This document shows, piece by piece, positions 13,963 to 45,495 of a DNA stretch of 64,000 nucleotides (the stretch's first letter is position 1; each line of letters opens with the position of its first letter). The notes below the pieces were generated by a model. That model saw only the letters and a list, made by a program, of their open reading frames with translations, was not told the origin of the DNA and made no database searches. The stretch covers positions 44,826,001 through 44,890,000 of the forward strand of contig OZ024752.1 in NCBI GenBank assembly GCA_964016885.1. Direction: 5' to 3'. The DNA is from Eledone cirrhosa (lineage: Eukaryota). The position numbers and the translations under genes are program-made.

Positions 13963-14928
13963 GTAATAATAATAAATTTGAAGACTAAAATACAAAGAGG
14001 GTTCGATAAGGATAAATATATATCAAATATATAAGAACCATAGAGCAAATATTTATTAAAATAACAGATTAAAGTTTAAGCAAAGAATCGCTGCTTTCAC
14101 CCTTAACGGGATCTTCTGAAAGATAATAGTTTCAGAAGATCCCGTTAAGGGTGAAAGCAGCGATTCTTTGCTTAAACTTTAATCTGTTATTTTAATAGAT
14201 ATATATATATATATATATAAGTGTGTGTAATATATGTTGAACAGTCTTTGTCTTCTATATATATATATTTGTGTATATAATGTATGTTGAACAGTCTTTG
14301 TCTTCTATATATATATATATATTAGTGTATATAATGTATGTTGATAGACAATGAAACTACCCTCTTTGTCATCTAATATATGCTTGTGTGTAATATATAT
14401 TGTGATTGGAAATTTAGCAATTTAGCTTTAACTCTGAACTGTCTTTTACCCATCTTGCTAAGGATTTTGAGCTTTGAATTATTCTTTGCCTCATATGATT
14501 GTGTTATCAACTTGTCTAAACTAATACATATATATATATACACACATATATATATACACACGCATATATATGTATGTAAAAGGTAAACAGAAATAACAAC
14601 ACAATTGGTACAGTATATGGAAGGGATCATCATCATTTTACGTCCGCGTTTCCCTGCCTTTCATTATATTAGGTTAACGCTTGAAATAGCAGGAAGAGGG
14701 TCTTAACGTTTTGGACGCAAGTCCTTCATCAGAAGAAAGAATGAGAAATAAGATAGATTGAAGGGACGGGCGGTTTGGAATGGGGGAAAATGTCTTTAGA
14801 TAAAAATAACAGGTTCATTCATGTTGACATCTACAAAACTGTTGGTGCTGGCGTTTTGTGTATGATTTATTTTTTTAGAAAAGTATACTCACATGCATGT
14901 CATCATCTTTGTTTGACGTCCATCTGGT

Positions 14929-14961
<33 letters not shown>

Positions 14962-16224
14962 GTATGTATGTATGTCTTGTCACCGTCACTGATCTCCATC
15001 ATTGGTATTTTTAGTGTCTCGCTACCAAGCCGAGGAGCTCCAAGTCGTCCAGAACCACCACCCCCTCCTATTCCTAGCACCCCGGAACCAACCACTGAAA
15101 TGGAAAGGGCAAGAAGAAGACGTGAGGAGGAGATTGAGGAAGAAGAGGAATATGAAAAACCAAAACGTCGTAAGTTTTTAGGTTTAAAATATTTTCCTTC
15201 GTTTCAGACATTTTGAGGAAGTGTTAAATATTATTTCTAAATTCTTATTTTAAAAAAATTCCTTTGACAAGAAAACAACCTTCATATTTTCTATGTTTGT
15301 GTTTTTTATTAGCTGTCTCTGGAGCAGCCATTGCCCCTCCTATTTCTCTTATTGAAGAAGATACTGTAGCTAACCCTGAAGGTAAGTCAACTGTATTTTA
15401 ACGGTATCATAACATTCTTTAATATTTACTTTTGTATTTTCACAGTAAAGTCTTTACCTCACATAATATCTCACATAACATTTACATTACTCTATATTTA
15501 CTATTGTATTTTCATGGTAAAGGCTTTACCTCACATAACATCTACATTACTCTATATATACTATTGTATTTTCATGGTAAAGGCTTTACCTCACATAATA
15601 TCGAATCTATGAGATTTTGATATTTATTTTGAGAACAATACCTGAACAACAGAATGAGCAGCTGGTTTATAGCCAGTTTAAATAGGAGGTGAGAGAATTC
15701 TGGCCGGATATGGTCAGTTTAAATGTTAAAGGTTTAATGTGATATGTAGTTAATTGTTATGGTTTAACCTTTTAGTTACCAACCCGGCCAAAACCAGTTC
15801 TGCTTCTATGAAATAAAGTCACCCATTTTTAAGGTTTCCAATCTAAATTAAAATCTTCCAACATAATTTTATATAAGAACCTTACGTTAAGTTACTATTG
15901 AAGTAATGAAATAATTAATAATTTTAATAAATCACTCTTTTTCATTGTTTTTTCCTTCTCTCTTTCCCTATTTACAATGTCACCAAGTTTGTTGTTATTA
16001 ACTAAATGTTATTTATTCTGCTGTAATTGTTCCATAGAATCATCCCCAGAGAACAACAACAACACCACCACCACCATCACCACCATCTCTGCTGCTGCCA
16101 CAACCACACCGACCACCACCGCTACCAGTCCCACCAACACCTCACCAGCCAACAACGAGAGACCACAGTCACCTCCACCTTTAGGATTCAGTATAGGACT
16201 AGGGTAAGTTTGTATTACAATGAG

Positions 16225-16298
<74 letters not shown>

Positions 16299-18875
16299 AT
16301 ATATATCATAGGTATATATTGAGTTAGAAACTCAAAATAGTCTCTTACAATTAAATAGCTCAAGGAAAGATGTTTTTCATAACCGAATCTGGTCCCTTAC
16401 GATTTCAACACATATATGTATATATCTGTGTTTATCTCTCTTTTATATTCAATTATATATATATATATATTTATTTATATTATGTTTATAAAGTATAATT
16501 TATATATACATTCTTGTAGAATTACTGTAGTAAGTAACTTAGAAGTAATATATATATAAATATACAAAGTTTTCATTGTTATTTATTTTTGTTGTCTTTC
16601 CTTGCTCCAGGGGTTCTGTTGCTTCCAAGATTATGGCTAAATATGGTTACAAAGAGGGACAAGGTTTAGGTAAACAGGAACAAGGTATGAGTACAGCCCT
16701 GTTTGTGGAGAAAACCAGCAAACGAGGTGGGAAGATCATACATGAGAAGGACATGTTAAAAGGTTTGTTACTTTTATCTCCTTTTGTTTAGCCCCAAGTC
16801 AAATTTAACAACAACAACAACAACAAAGACATAATGTTCGGATTTAAGAATATTTGAACTTTACTGCTAAAGTATAATGGATACCAAGAGAAAATATAAA
16901 TAGCCATATGTCGCATCTTGAGGAGTGCCTGTAATTGAAGATGGACAGTACTTGTGGTGGGGTAAATAAATGTATACATACACACCAGGTCCGAACACAA
17001 AGGAACCAAACTCCCACTGTCACTGCTTCCATCTCTCCCCTTCTGTCACTATTATGAGCAAATGGGGCCCACGTGCTGGCTGCCCTGGTGGACAGAATAA
17101 AGAATACGTTTCCCTGGAGGATGGTGAGGGAGATGGACTGGAAGAGCCATTCCAGATTGCGAGGCTCACACCTGTGGGTAACCAACTCTGTGCTGATGGT
17201 GGTAAGTAGGGAGGTAGCCCTAGGGCCAAGGACACTAGACATAATGTTATGAAGATCTATAAATTTATGCTTCAAAATAGAAAGATCAAATATAAAACAT
17301 GGAGTTTACCCGATTCCCACTGGTTTACTTAACTTAGTTTGGAACAAAAACTACACAACTTCCAATATGTTATCTTTATAAACCAGAATCATTATCCATC
17401 GGTTAAAATTCTGTTATTGTTTTCAGTATCATTGTCTAACGAAGAATTTCTATTTTTCTGTATTTTTACTAAAGATCCACCTCGAGATATGACTGTCACT
17501 AATTCTAATTTACTGAAGAATCCATCAAAAGTGATATTATTACGAGTAAGAGATGATTATTTGTATATTATTATATAGAGGATGAGAGAAATAGGGTCAG
17601 TGATGAATGTTGTGGTGTGAGATGCCTGGGTCATGTGTTGAGGAAGGATGGAAGTGACTGGGTGAGAGAAATAGGGTCAGTGATGAATGTTGTGGTGTGA
17701 GATGCCTGGGTCGTGTTGAGGACGGATGGAAGTGACTGGGTGAGAGAAATAGGGTCAGTAATGAATGTTGTGGTGTGAGATGCCTGGGTCATGTGTTGAG
17801 GAAGGATGGAAGTGACGGTGAGAGAAATAGGGTCAGTGATGAATGTCTTGTTAATGTGTCATAGAGTACTGGAGAGTAAGAGTTAAGTTAACAATGTTGT
17901 CTTGTCTTCAGAATATGGTTGGTTCTGGTGAAGTGGACGATGACTTAGAACCGGAAACTGCTGAAGAATGTGCCAAATATGGTAAAGTCGTCAAATGCTT
18001 GATATTTGAGGTAAGTGGATTATTAGGATTTTCAATGGCTTAAAGACATTTTTTTTATTAGGTACATAAATATAATTCTCTAAGTATATTTCTTCCTGTG
18101 ATAATTTAGTTTATTTTTTAAACTGTTAACTGATGGGAGGGAACAGCTGTGTCCTTGACTCTAAGACTGATGGGAGGGAACAGCTGTGTCCTTGACTCTA
18201 AGACTGATGGGAGGGAATGAGGGAAGTATTGAATACTTGCAACAAAGTGGCCAGGTAGTTGGTGTTAAACTGGGCAATAGATTAAATATACCTACCTATT
18301 GGGCCGCGCTGGGTTTTGAACCCAGAACGAGCCGGAATAAATACTACAAGGCATCTTGTTTGACACTAACTATTCTGCCAATCTACTATCCTAGACTTTT
18401 AAATATTGATTCCAAAAGAAAACATTTTATTGTTTGATCTTACGAATCTGCACCGTGTGTGTGTGTTTTACTAGTTATACTGTGTGCTTAAGGTTTAGAA
18501 AGGTACATTGTATTCCTGCATATCATAAGAGGTGACCAGGAAGAGTACCTCAATAAAAGACCTTATGATGGGTATAAAGTTTGTCACGAAGCATGCAAGG
18601 GAGATAACCTTAAAAATATTTTCTCATTTAACTAGCTGTCACTGTTATTCTATTTTACAGATACCAGGATGTGATGATGAAGAAGCAGTTCGGATTTTTG
18701 TTGAATTTGAAAGAGTAGAGTCAGCCATAAAAGGTATGTATATAAGCCTTGTCATATTTGTTGTGCTTTTCGTATTTTTGGCAGGGTTTTTATGGCTGGC
18801 TGCTCTCCTTTCTAACATTAACAACTTTACTGCGTGGAATGGGTGTTTTTGTGGCACCTGCACTGTATTTGTATA

Positions 18876-18913
<38 letters not shown>

Positions 18914-19219
18914 AGAGTCGGTAGAACGTCAGATAGAATGCTTTCTGGTATTTGTACCGACTCTCTGCTCTCTGAGTTTAAATCCTGCCGAGGTCAACTT
19001 TGCCTTTCATCCTTTTGAGGTCGATAAAAAAAGTACCAGTTTAATACTGGGGTTTATTCTTTCTCATTTCCTTTCTCTCACTTTCTATCTTTCTCTGGAA
19101 GAAACCTGCTGTACTCAGGCCTGGAGAGGGAAGGGCTCTGCCAGGCTTAAAAATGCCCAAGAAACACTGTATGTGAATACAGCACCTCTACGACTCTATC
19201 AGGAGTTACGGGACCATAC

Positions 19220-19252
<33 letters not shown>

Positions 19253-19332
19253 CATATATATACATATATATACATATATATACATATATATACATATATA
19301 TATGTATATATATATGTATATATAAATGTATA

Positions 19333-19378
<46 letters not shown>

Positions 19379-19593
19379 ATCTAACCCATGCTAGCGTGGA
19401 AAATGGACGTTAAACAACAATGATGATATGTACCAGTGATATAATTTCCTGAGCATTAAATGAAGTTTTCTTCTTGTTTTCAGCTGTTGTTGACTTGAAT
19501 GGACGATACTTTGGTGGAAGAGTTGTGAAAGCCAGTTTCTACAACTTGGACAAATTCCGACAATATGACCTTGCAGAGGAGCAGGACTTTTGA
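12051..19593 (+). CDS. RBM17: Splicing factor 45 / RNA-binding motif protein 17 (G-patch + C-terminal UHM/RRM), 12 coding exons, 442 aa
   Basis: Exons 12051-12111, 12420-12493, 12750-12848, 13728-13927, 15015-15169, 15313-15381, 16038-16203, 16611-16762, 17475-17545, 17912-18010, 18661-18733, 19484-19593; all GT-AG, phases consistent, total 1329 nt. Motifs [42 protein letters not shown]-patch [32 protein letters not shown]...[17 protein letters not shown] match SPF45. Confidence 0.97.
12420..12493 (+). CDS. RBM17: RBM17 coding exon 2 ([25 protein letters not shown])
   Basis: tttccag acceptor, gtttgg donor; matches SPF45 GWSKNFKLLQSQLQVKK. Confidence 0.93.
12750..12848 (+). CDS. RBM17: RBM17 coding exon 3 ([16 protein letters not shown]...)
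   Basis: tttacag acceptor; donor at 12849 or 12853 (ambiguous); APVVDLK motif. Confidence 0.88.
13728..13927 (+). CDS. RBM17: RBM17 coding exon 4 ([27 protein letters not shown])
   Basis: SF45 motif; atttcag acceptor, gtaagt donor at 13928. Confidence 0.93.
14054..14197. repeat. Perfect 68-bp-arm palindrome, Penelope-like relic in RBM17 intron 4
   Basis: Arms 14054-14121 and 14130-14197, 8-nt spacer; related single copy at about 690-775. Confidence 0.85.
15015..15169 (+). CDS. RBM17: RBM17 coding exon 5 (Pro-rich, [11 protein letters not shown])
   Basis: tttttag acceptor, gtaagt donor; phases 2/1 fit the neighbouring exons. Confidence 0.88.
15313..15381 (+). CDS. RBM17: RBM17 coding exon 6 ([15 protein letters not shown])
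   Basis: GAAIAPP motif; ttattag acceptor, gtaagt donor. Confidence 0.93.
16038..16203 (+). CDS. RBM17: RBM17 coding exon 7 (Thr/Asn-rich, [15 protein letters not shown])
   Basis: ccatag acceptor, gtaagt donor; phases 1/2 are required to join exons 6 and 8. Confidence 0.87.
16611..16762 (+). CDS. RBM17: RBM17 coding exon 8 (G-patch)
   Basis: [43 protein letters not shown]. Confidence 0.96.
16827..17248 (-). mobile_element. 5'-truncated CRE/RLE-type non-LTR retrotransposon fragment with 12-bp flanking direct repeat
   Basis: Minus-strand [48 protein letters not shown] resembles the C-terminus of restriction-like-endonuclease elements; agacataatgtt at 16827-16838 and 17237-17248. Confidence 0.6.
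17475..17545 (+). CDS. RBM17: RBM17 coding exon 9 ([12 protein letters not shown])
   Basis: aaag acceptor, gtaaga donor; start of UHM. Confidence 0.92.
17584..17845. repeat. About 80-bp tandem repeat, about 3.3 copies
   Basis: gagagaaatagggtcagtgatgaatgttgtggtgtgagatgcctgggtc... recurs with about 80-bp period. Confidence 0.8.
17912..18010 (+). CDS. RBM17: RBM17 coding exon 10 ([33 protein letters not shown])
   Basis: UHM sequence; cttcag acceptor, gtaagt donor. Confidence 0.96.
18661..18733 (+). CDS. RBM17: RBM17 coding exon 11 ([24 protein letters not shown])
   Basis: tttacag acceptor, gtatgt donor. Confidence 0.96.
19484..19593 (+). CDS. RBM17: RBM17 last coding exon ([36 protein letters not shown])
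   Basis: UHM RxF motif; TGA at 19591-19593. Confidence 0.96.
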
Positions 19594-21164
19594 AAAGAAG
19601 TTTTTGTAAAATATTCAACTGGATAAATATACCATAAATGTTTGCCTTTACACCCACCTTCTCATGTGGGGTGGGGGAACATTTGGAGAGAGTGAAGGAA
19701 AATAAGAAATCCTTTTTAAGAGGACATCAAATGAAAATCCATGAAAGAAATTGAAGAAAAGAAGAAAATATTTTAAATTTTAACTTGAGTTCTTTCATGT
19801 GTATCAGACCAGAAGTTGGTGGAGTTGATATTGTGTGTAGTGAGGTGCATATAGCATCTGATGGCAGGAAGCTACAAACTGCAACATCTGGGGGTAAACT
19901 GCATCATTTCATTACATGCAATGTTTTTTTTTTGTTAGTGAAAAAAAAAAAAAAAAAAAAAAGAAACAACCCTCTTCTTATAGACAATCTATATATTTCT
20001 CCCTTTCTTTCATTACCCTCTCTGTCTTCCTCTCCCCCCTCTCTCACTCTGTCTACCTCTTCCTTTATCACCCTCTGTCACTGTCTGCCGTTCTCTCTCC
20101 ATCACCCTCTCTCTATCACCTCTCCCTCTCTCTGTCACTGTCTGCCTTTCTCCATCACCCCTCCCTCTCTCTGTCACCTCTCCCTATCACCTCTCTCAAT
20201 CACCCCTCACTCTCTCTCTCAATCACCCCCTCACTCTCAATCACCCCTCAGTCTCTCTCTCTCAATCACCCCTCACTCTCTCTCTCAATCACCCCTCACT
20301 CTCTCTCAATCACCCCTCCCTCTCTCAATCCCCCTCACTCTCTCAATCCCCTCTCCCTCTCCATCACTCCCCCCTCTCTCATAATCAAACTCCCTAATAT
20401 TCCAGCAGTATAGTTTCAATATATTACAAACTCTTACCCCCAGAACTTATGCGACCCCTTTTATGAAAAATCATGAAAAATCATTTCTCTAACATTTCAA
20501 TAAAAAAAAATGACACAAAAATAAAAAATAAACTTATTTCATTAACTTTGGAATATTTGTTTTGACTTATTTTTACTTATTTTTCTATTTTGTAAGTTGG
20601 TATCACCATCATCATCAACACCACCATCAACATCACCACCATCAACATCATCATCAACACCATCATCATCACCACCACCAAAACCATCATCACCAACACC
20701 ACCATCACCAACACCACCATCACCATCACCGCCATTACCATCACCATCATCACCACCATCAACATCATCATCATCACCATCAACATCATCATCACCATTA
20801 TCACAGGATGAAATAATTTATATTTGTTGCTTATCTTATCTTTTCTTTAAAACACAAAACTTAGTGTTGCTACCACAGTTGTTTTTACTACCTCCCACCA
20901 TTCCTCCCTCTATCGTTGGCTTCAGACGATCAATAAACAATATCAAAATACTGGAAATAAATTGTATAACAATTCTTATATTTGGCCATATTTTTATCTA
21001 ACCTTGTCTTGTCTATAACAATATGGTCTTTATAAATCAATATATAACCAAAATTAAATTAAGAATGTCACCTGTAGAACATGCTCAAAGATTCTAAGGG
21101 ATAAACCCGAGCATTTATCAGCATTAAATTAAAAGTCGATAGCGTAGAAGAATGGACGTAAAAT

Positions 21165-21220
<56 letters not shown>

Positions 21221-21569
21221 AACATCAAACAATTACAGGGGATAATTTGTAGAGTGTAAACACACATAGTTACAGAGGTAACATATTAAAAATTAACAAG
21301 AACCTTCGATATAGATACCTTACAATAATGATTCATCTTCTTTGTATATATTCTATGAAATATATTTCATCGCCAAAGGAGGAGATTTAAGTATCTGTGG
21401 TTAAACACTGAAAGTAAATCTGGAAATGACGAAAAGCACTTGTGGGGGTTGTTTTTTTAAATACACATCGTCCCCGCCGTCAACCCAGTGGCGCCAATAG
21501 GATTATTCGCGCTAGAAATAGCAGCCGAGTCCTTTCAACAAGAACAAGGAAGTACTAACATCAAAACGA

Positions 21570-22045
21570 GTTTCCTATCATTTGAAGGCTAAGATCTTTG
21601 ATACTTACATCCTACCAGTTGTGTTATATGGTCTTGACTGTGTTAATTGGACGACAAGGTTACTTCAGAAGCTCTCTACATTCCAGAACCACATCATGAG
21701 ACTTATGACTGGCAAGCGGCTCAGCGACCGTATCTGTCTGTATCAGTGAGCTGCTCAACATTACCAAACTTAGACCAATTATATCAATTGTCAAGTCAAG
21801 AGTACTCAAACTATGCAGTCATATAAAAAGATCAACTCGTGGTGTGAGTAGGTTATGTCTGGAAGGAAGGTTGGCTGGTAAGAGAAGCAGAGGTCGGCAG
21901 CCAAAACGATGGCTTGATAATGTCAACCTATGGATTAGACTTGATCTTTGTTCTTTAAACTCTGCTGTTGGTGATCGAACTTTGTGGAGAAGAATATCTC
22001 ATATTGATTGATGCTCAGTCTGCAACTGGCGGAGTTTAGAGTAAA
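21570..22045 (+). mobile_element. RTE-clade LINE 3' fragment (frameshifted)
   Basis: LKAKIFDTYILPVVLYGLDCVNWT...RLMTGKRLSDRI and LEGRLAGKRSRGRQPKRWLDNV. Confidence 0.8.
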
Positions 22046-23064
22046 AAAGAAGAAATAGCAGCCAAGATTTAACATTTGGAATTCACCGATTAATGGTGAA
22101 ATATATTTAATGGAATATATACAAAGGAGATTAATCATTATTGCAAGGTATCTATATTCAATGTTCTTGTTAATTTTTAATGTGTTACCCCCGTAACTAT
22201 GTGTTTACACTCTACAAATTATCCTCTGAAATTGTTTGATGTGTTTATTTTATATATATATATATATATATGATGTAATTCCGTCGGAAAAGTCCATATA
22301 TATATATGTCAATCGATTTTTAATTTAATGCTAAATCAATATATAAAGTTTTATTAACTTTTTTGATCGTAAACATCGATGATATTCCCCCTCTCTCTTT
22401 ATATTTAATTCACACCCTCTCTCTACATTTATATATCTTACACTCGCTTTACTCTCTCTCTCTATAACTTTGATTTCCCTCTCTATATCTTTATGTAATT
22501 CTCTCCTTCCCCTCTCTCTGTATATATATGTTTCTCTCTCACGCTTCCCGCTTTTTCAGTATTTGAATCCCCCCCTCTTTCTCTCTCTATATATGTATAT
22601 CTCTCACACTCGCTACTCCCTCTTTCAATAATAATACTTTACTCTCTCACCCCTCTCTCTATATATATGTTCTTCCCTCACACTCGCTACTCTCTCTCCT
22701 AGTATTATTATTTCACTTTCTACACCTCTCTCTCTATATATATCAATATCTCTCACACCCGCTACTCCCTCTGTTAGTATTATCATTTCACTCTCACCCC
22801 TCTCTATTTATATATGAACTTCTCTCACACTCGCTACTCCCTCTCTCAGTAATAAAACTTTACTCTCTCACTCTCTCTCTATTTATATATCAACTTCTCT
22901 CACCCTCGCTACTCACTCTCTTAGCATTATTATTTTACTCTCTCCCTCTCTCTATATCTATCTACAACTCTCACACTCGCTGCCTCCTCTTTCTCACTGT
23001 CAATCTTTCTTTCTCACTTAGATCAAATTTTTGGTCAAAGGGAGGTAATCGACAGAAACGGCCG

Positions 23065-23330
23065 CTCTTTTTTTTTTCGCCCATTTATGCCTGAGAGGGT
23101 TGTGTGGGGGCAAAGTCCCCAAACACTCTTTCCAGTGGGTCCTGTCAGAAGCAACCGTCTCCAAATGATCCGGCTGAATCCCCAAGAGAGACCAGCCAAG
23201 TTAATGGATGTTATCCAACCATCTTGCTCGAGGTCTACCCCCCCGGGTCTTCTGCCAGTTGGTTTTGCCTGTAAAATCTCTCCAGCGATTCTTTCCCCCC
23301 GAGACATTCTAATCCCCTGCCCTCCATAGT
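23065..23330 (-). mobile_element. RTE-clade LINE 3' fragment
   Basis: ILQAKPTGRRP-GRPRARWLDNI...VASDRTHWKECL. Confidence 0.7.
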
Positions 23331-24436
23331 ATCAGAGAATACTTTTGATCTGCCCAGAGTCAAATTACTGAAAACACTAGCCCGCACGCGCGTATATACT
23401 GTCACACGCCATACACCCACCCATACATACAACGTTGGTTACCTCCCCTTGACTAGGTTTTTATGAAAGTGTCTGCACACCCGCATTTCTCTGTTCATCC
23501 GAGCTTCGTCGTTAATTTTACTTTTGTTCCACATCCAGTGGATCGTGTTCGATTAGTTGATATATACACACTGGAGGAATATATATGTATATATGTAATT
23601 CATACAAATATATACCTCCCCCACAAAAAAAATGAAAAAAAATTATTTTGAAATTTTTTTAGTTTATTATTGAAATATTTATAAAATAAGAACAACACGG
23701 AATGTGTTATTTCAAGCTTTTATATAATATAAATTAAAATTAGATGAAAAATATATTGACTTTACGAGATATTTGATACAATTCTTGTATAAATGTCTTC
23801 ATTCCAGGATTGACTTAGTATGTCAATGTTTATTGTCAATTTTGGAATAAATAGTGCTGGATGTTGACTAAACGACATCTCAGAGTCTTTTAACCCTCAA
23901 AGGCCTCAAAATAATGGTTTCTAATTTAGGTACAAGGCCAGTAATTACAGTTTTAGCGAGTGGCATTATACTGACCTTAGTACATTACTGGTACTGCATT
24001 TTATCAACCTGCCGAATGATGAAAGGCAAAGTTGAGCTTGTCAGTATTTGAACTCTGATATGTTAACACCTATTAATTCATTACCCTGGGACCTCGAAAT
24101 AATTAAAAGCCACAAACATGCTTTCATATTTTTTAAAGACATTCTTGTGTAATTTTATTTAAAGAATTGGTCCCCAATATTTATATAGCTTCATCAATCA
24201 TCTAAATCTCTGGGAATGAAAAGCAAGAATCTCATTCAAGTTAATTATCTCTTCTTTTTTATATCAGCCCCCCCCCCCTCCCCACACACATTATTTTTGT
24301 ATAAATTTTTCTTTAAATAAATCTTGCAGGTCTCATTATTGATTTTACACCTTTACTGTGTTTCTACGGCTGGGATGAGATCATTAGGGGTAGTTTTTTT
24401 CTCTCATTTTTTTCTATGACTGGAAAGAAAAACATA

Positions 24437-24660
24437 AGTATGTCTCGTATCTCACACACCTTATATACCAAAGATATTACTGGTATGTCTCATATCTCAC
24501 ACACCTTATATACCAAAGATATTACTGGTATGTCTCGTATCTCACACACCTTATATACCAAAGATATTACTGGCATGTCTCGTATCTCTCACACCTTATA
24601 TACCAAAGACATTACTTAAGCCTCGTATCTCACCTTATATGCCAAAGATATTACCGGTAT
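24437..24660. repeat. 45-bp tandem repeat, about 5 copies
   Basis: gtatgtctcgtatctcacacaccttatataccaaagatattactg. Confidence 0.85.
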
Positions 24661-24852
24661 GTTTTAAGGTAGCACAGATCTAGACAAAGTAAATAAAGCA
24701 AATTTGATAAAAATATCTCATTTTTTATTTTAACAGTTTTTTTTTTTTTTGAGAAATGTAAAAATAGTGTATAAAACATGGCCTGGGGAAGTGTCATACC
24801 AAAATACTGGCACTGGTACTCAAAGAGTTAACTTATTCCTCAGTTTGATACA

Positions 24853-25081
24853 TTAACCCTTTAGCATTTACATTACTGTATATTTACTGTTATATTTTCA
24901 CAGTAAAGGTTTTACATCACATAATTATCTCACATAATATCAAATCTATGAGATTTTTATGTCATTTATTTTGAAAACAATACCTTAATGTCAGTATGAG
25001 TGGCCAGTTACAGCCGGTTTGAACAGAAAGAAGTGAGGGAATTCTGGCCAGTTACAGCTGGTTTAATTGCTAAAGGGTTAA
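24853..25081. mobile_element. TTAA-flanked MITE (piggyBac-like termini CCCTTTAGCA...TGCTAAAGGG)
   Basis: TTAA at both ends; family copies at 13271-13614, about 15420-15737, 28491-28711, 31996-33541, 34370-34580, 43192-43406. Confidence 0.75.
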
Positions 25082-25437
25082 GAAGTGTCAATTCAACTCA
25101 ATTGTTATTCAGAAAAAAATATATGGTAACCAAGTCGAATAATATCACAGCAGAAGAATTTGTGTTTGTTTTTGCAATTTTTTTTCCCCCAAAGTTTATA
25201 GAAATGTTGTGAAGTGATAACCAGTCTCAGAATATATTTAGAGAGGCATGGCGTGTTGTTAAATTACATTTTACTATTTACATCATTTGGTTTTTCTTCT
25301 TTGTTAAGAATAATTAATTAAGCAATCATCGGGAAAGTTTCATTTTGAGCCTTTGAAATAATGAATCTTGTAATTCCTGTTGCCATATAAAGTCCAAACT
25401 GTCCTCTCTGATTAGAATTATTAATCCTTTGTAAAGT

Positions 25438-43734
<18,297 letters not shown>

Positions 43735-44182
43735 TTTCCTTGGTTTTGCTTTTAGAACCAAAAGGTAAAGTGAAATAGCAAGTTAGAAAAGAATATATTT
43801 CAAATGCGTTTGCTTTTTATCTTTTCTCAAAACTTTTGGGTCAAAACTTTTGGGTCAAAACTTTCGGCTCCTTAAATATTTTAAAAATATTTAATTATTT
43901 CAATAAAATAAATATGTATATTTTTGATACAATTTTTAAAAAATTTTTTTTATGCTGAATCAAAAATATAGTAGAAAAGGCTTGCTGTGTTTGGTAAGAA
44001 TCCTTTTGGAAGCTGGGAAAATCTCCTGTAAGATGTAGCTACTGCCTACATGTCTGTTGATGGTGACAGAGGACACTAAGCTTTTCAACACTTCAAACAA
44101 TATATACATCAAACATTTACAATAATGCATAACTTTCTCTCAATTGTCTTCGGTATCCCTACCCTTCTCCCATATGTAAGTA

Positions 44183-44266
<84 letters not shown>

Positions 44267-44321
44267 CATATATATATATTGATATATATATATATATATA
44301 TATATAAATATTTATATATAT

Positions 44322-44386
<65 letters not shown>

Positions 44387-44442
44387 CATATATATATATA
44401 GATATATATATAAATATTTATATATATATATATAATTATAAA

Positions 44443-44502
<60 letters not shown>

Positions 44503-44954
44503 CACAAACACGTGTTAGATGTTATACTATGTATGTATGTATGATATATGCTATGTATGTATATATGCGTGATATATATATATATATGTGTGTGTGTGTA
44601 TAAGACAAAAGATAAAGTAGAAAAAACAAATGAACACAATCCACTTCTTTTATGTGCCTCTCCCAATACCGCCCATCAAATTCCTTTCTCTCAACCACAT
44701 ACTACGTCTCCTGACCACACACCTGTACACCTACACACATGTGCGTGCGCACACACACTCACACACTCACACACTCACACACTCACACACTCACATACTC
44801 ACACACTCGTTATGCCCCTCACCCCTAGGTTCTGCAATACAATAACAGACATAATTCTATTGTACTCAAGAATTACAATAGTAAAACAACACAATAATGA
44901 TATATGTATGTATATGTATGTATATATATATGTATATATATATGTATATGTATG

Positions 44955-45007
<53 letters not shown>

Positions 45008-45030
45008 GTATACATATATATATATATATG

Positions 45031-45075
<45 letters not shown>

Positions 45076-45125
45076 GCATATATATATATATTTATATATA
45101 TATATATATATACATATATATATGC

Positions 45126-45226
<101 letters not shown>

Positions 45227-45428
45227 CATATATATATATATATATACACACATATATATATATACACACACATATATATATATGTATATAATATGTATAT
45301 ATATATGTATATATGTATATATATATATATATATATTTATGTATAAACTCATTTTATTAATGGTTCATTTTTCATACTTATATATCATCATCATCAACGT
45401 TTAAAGTCAATTTTCCATGATAGCATGG

Positions 45429-45495
<67 letters not shown>

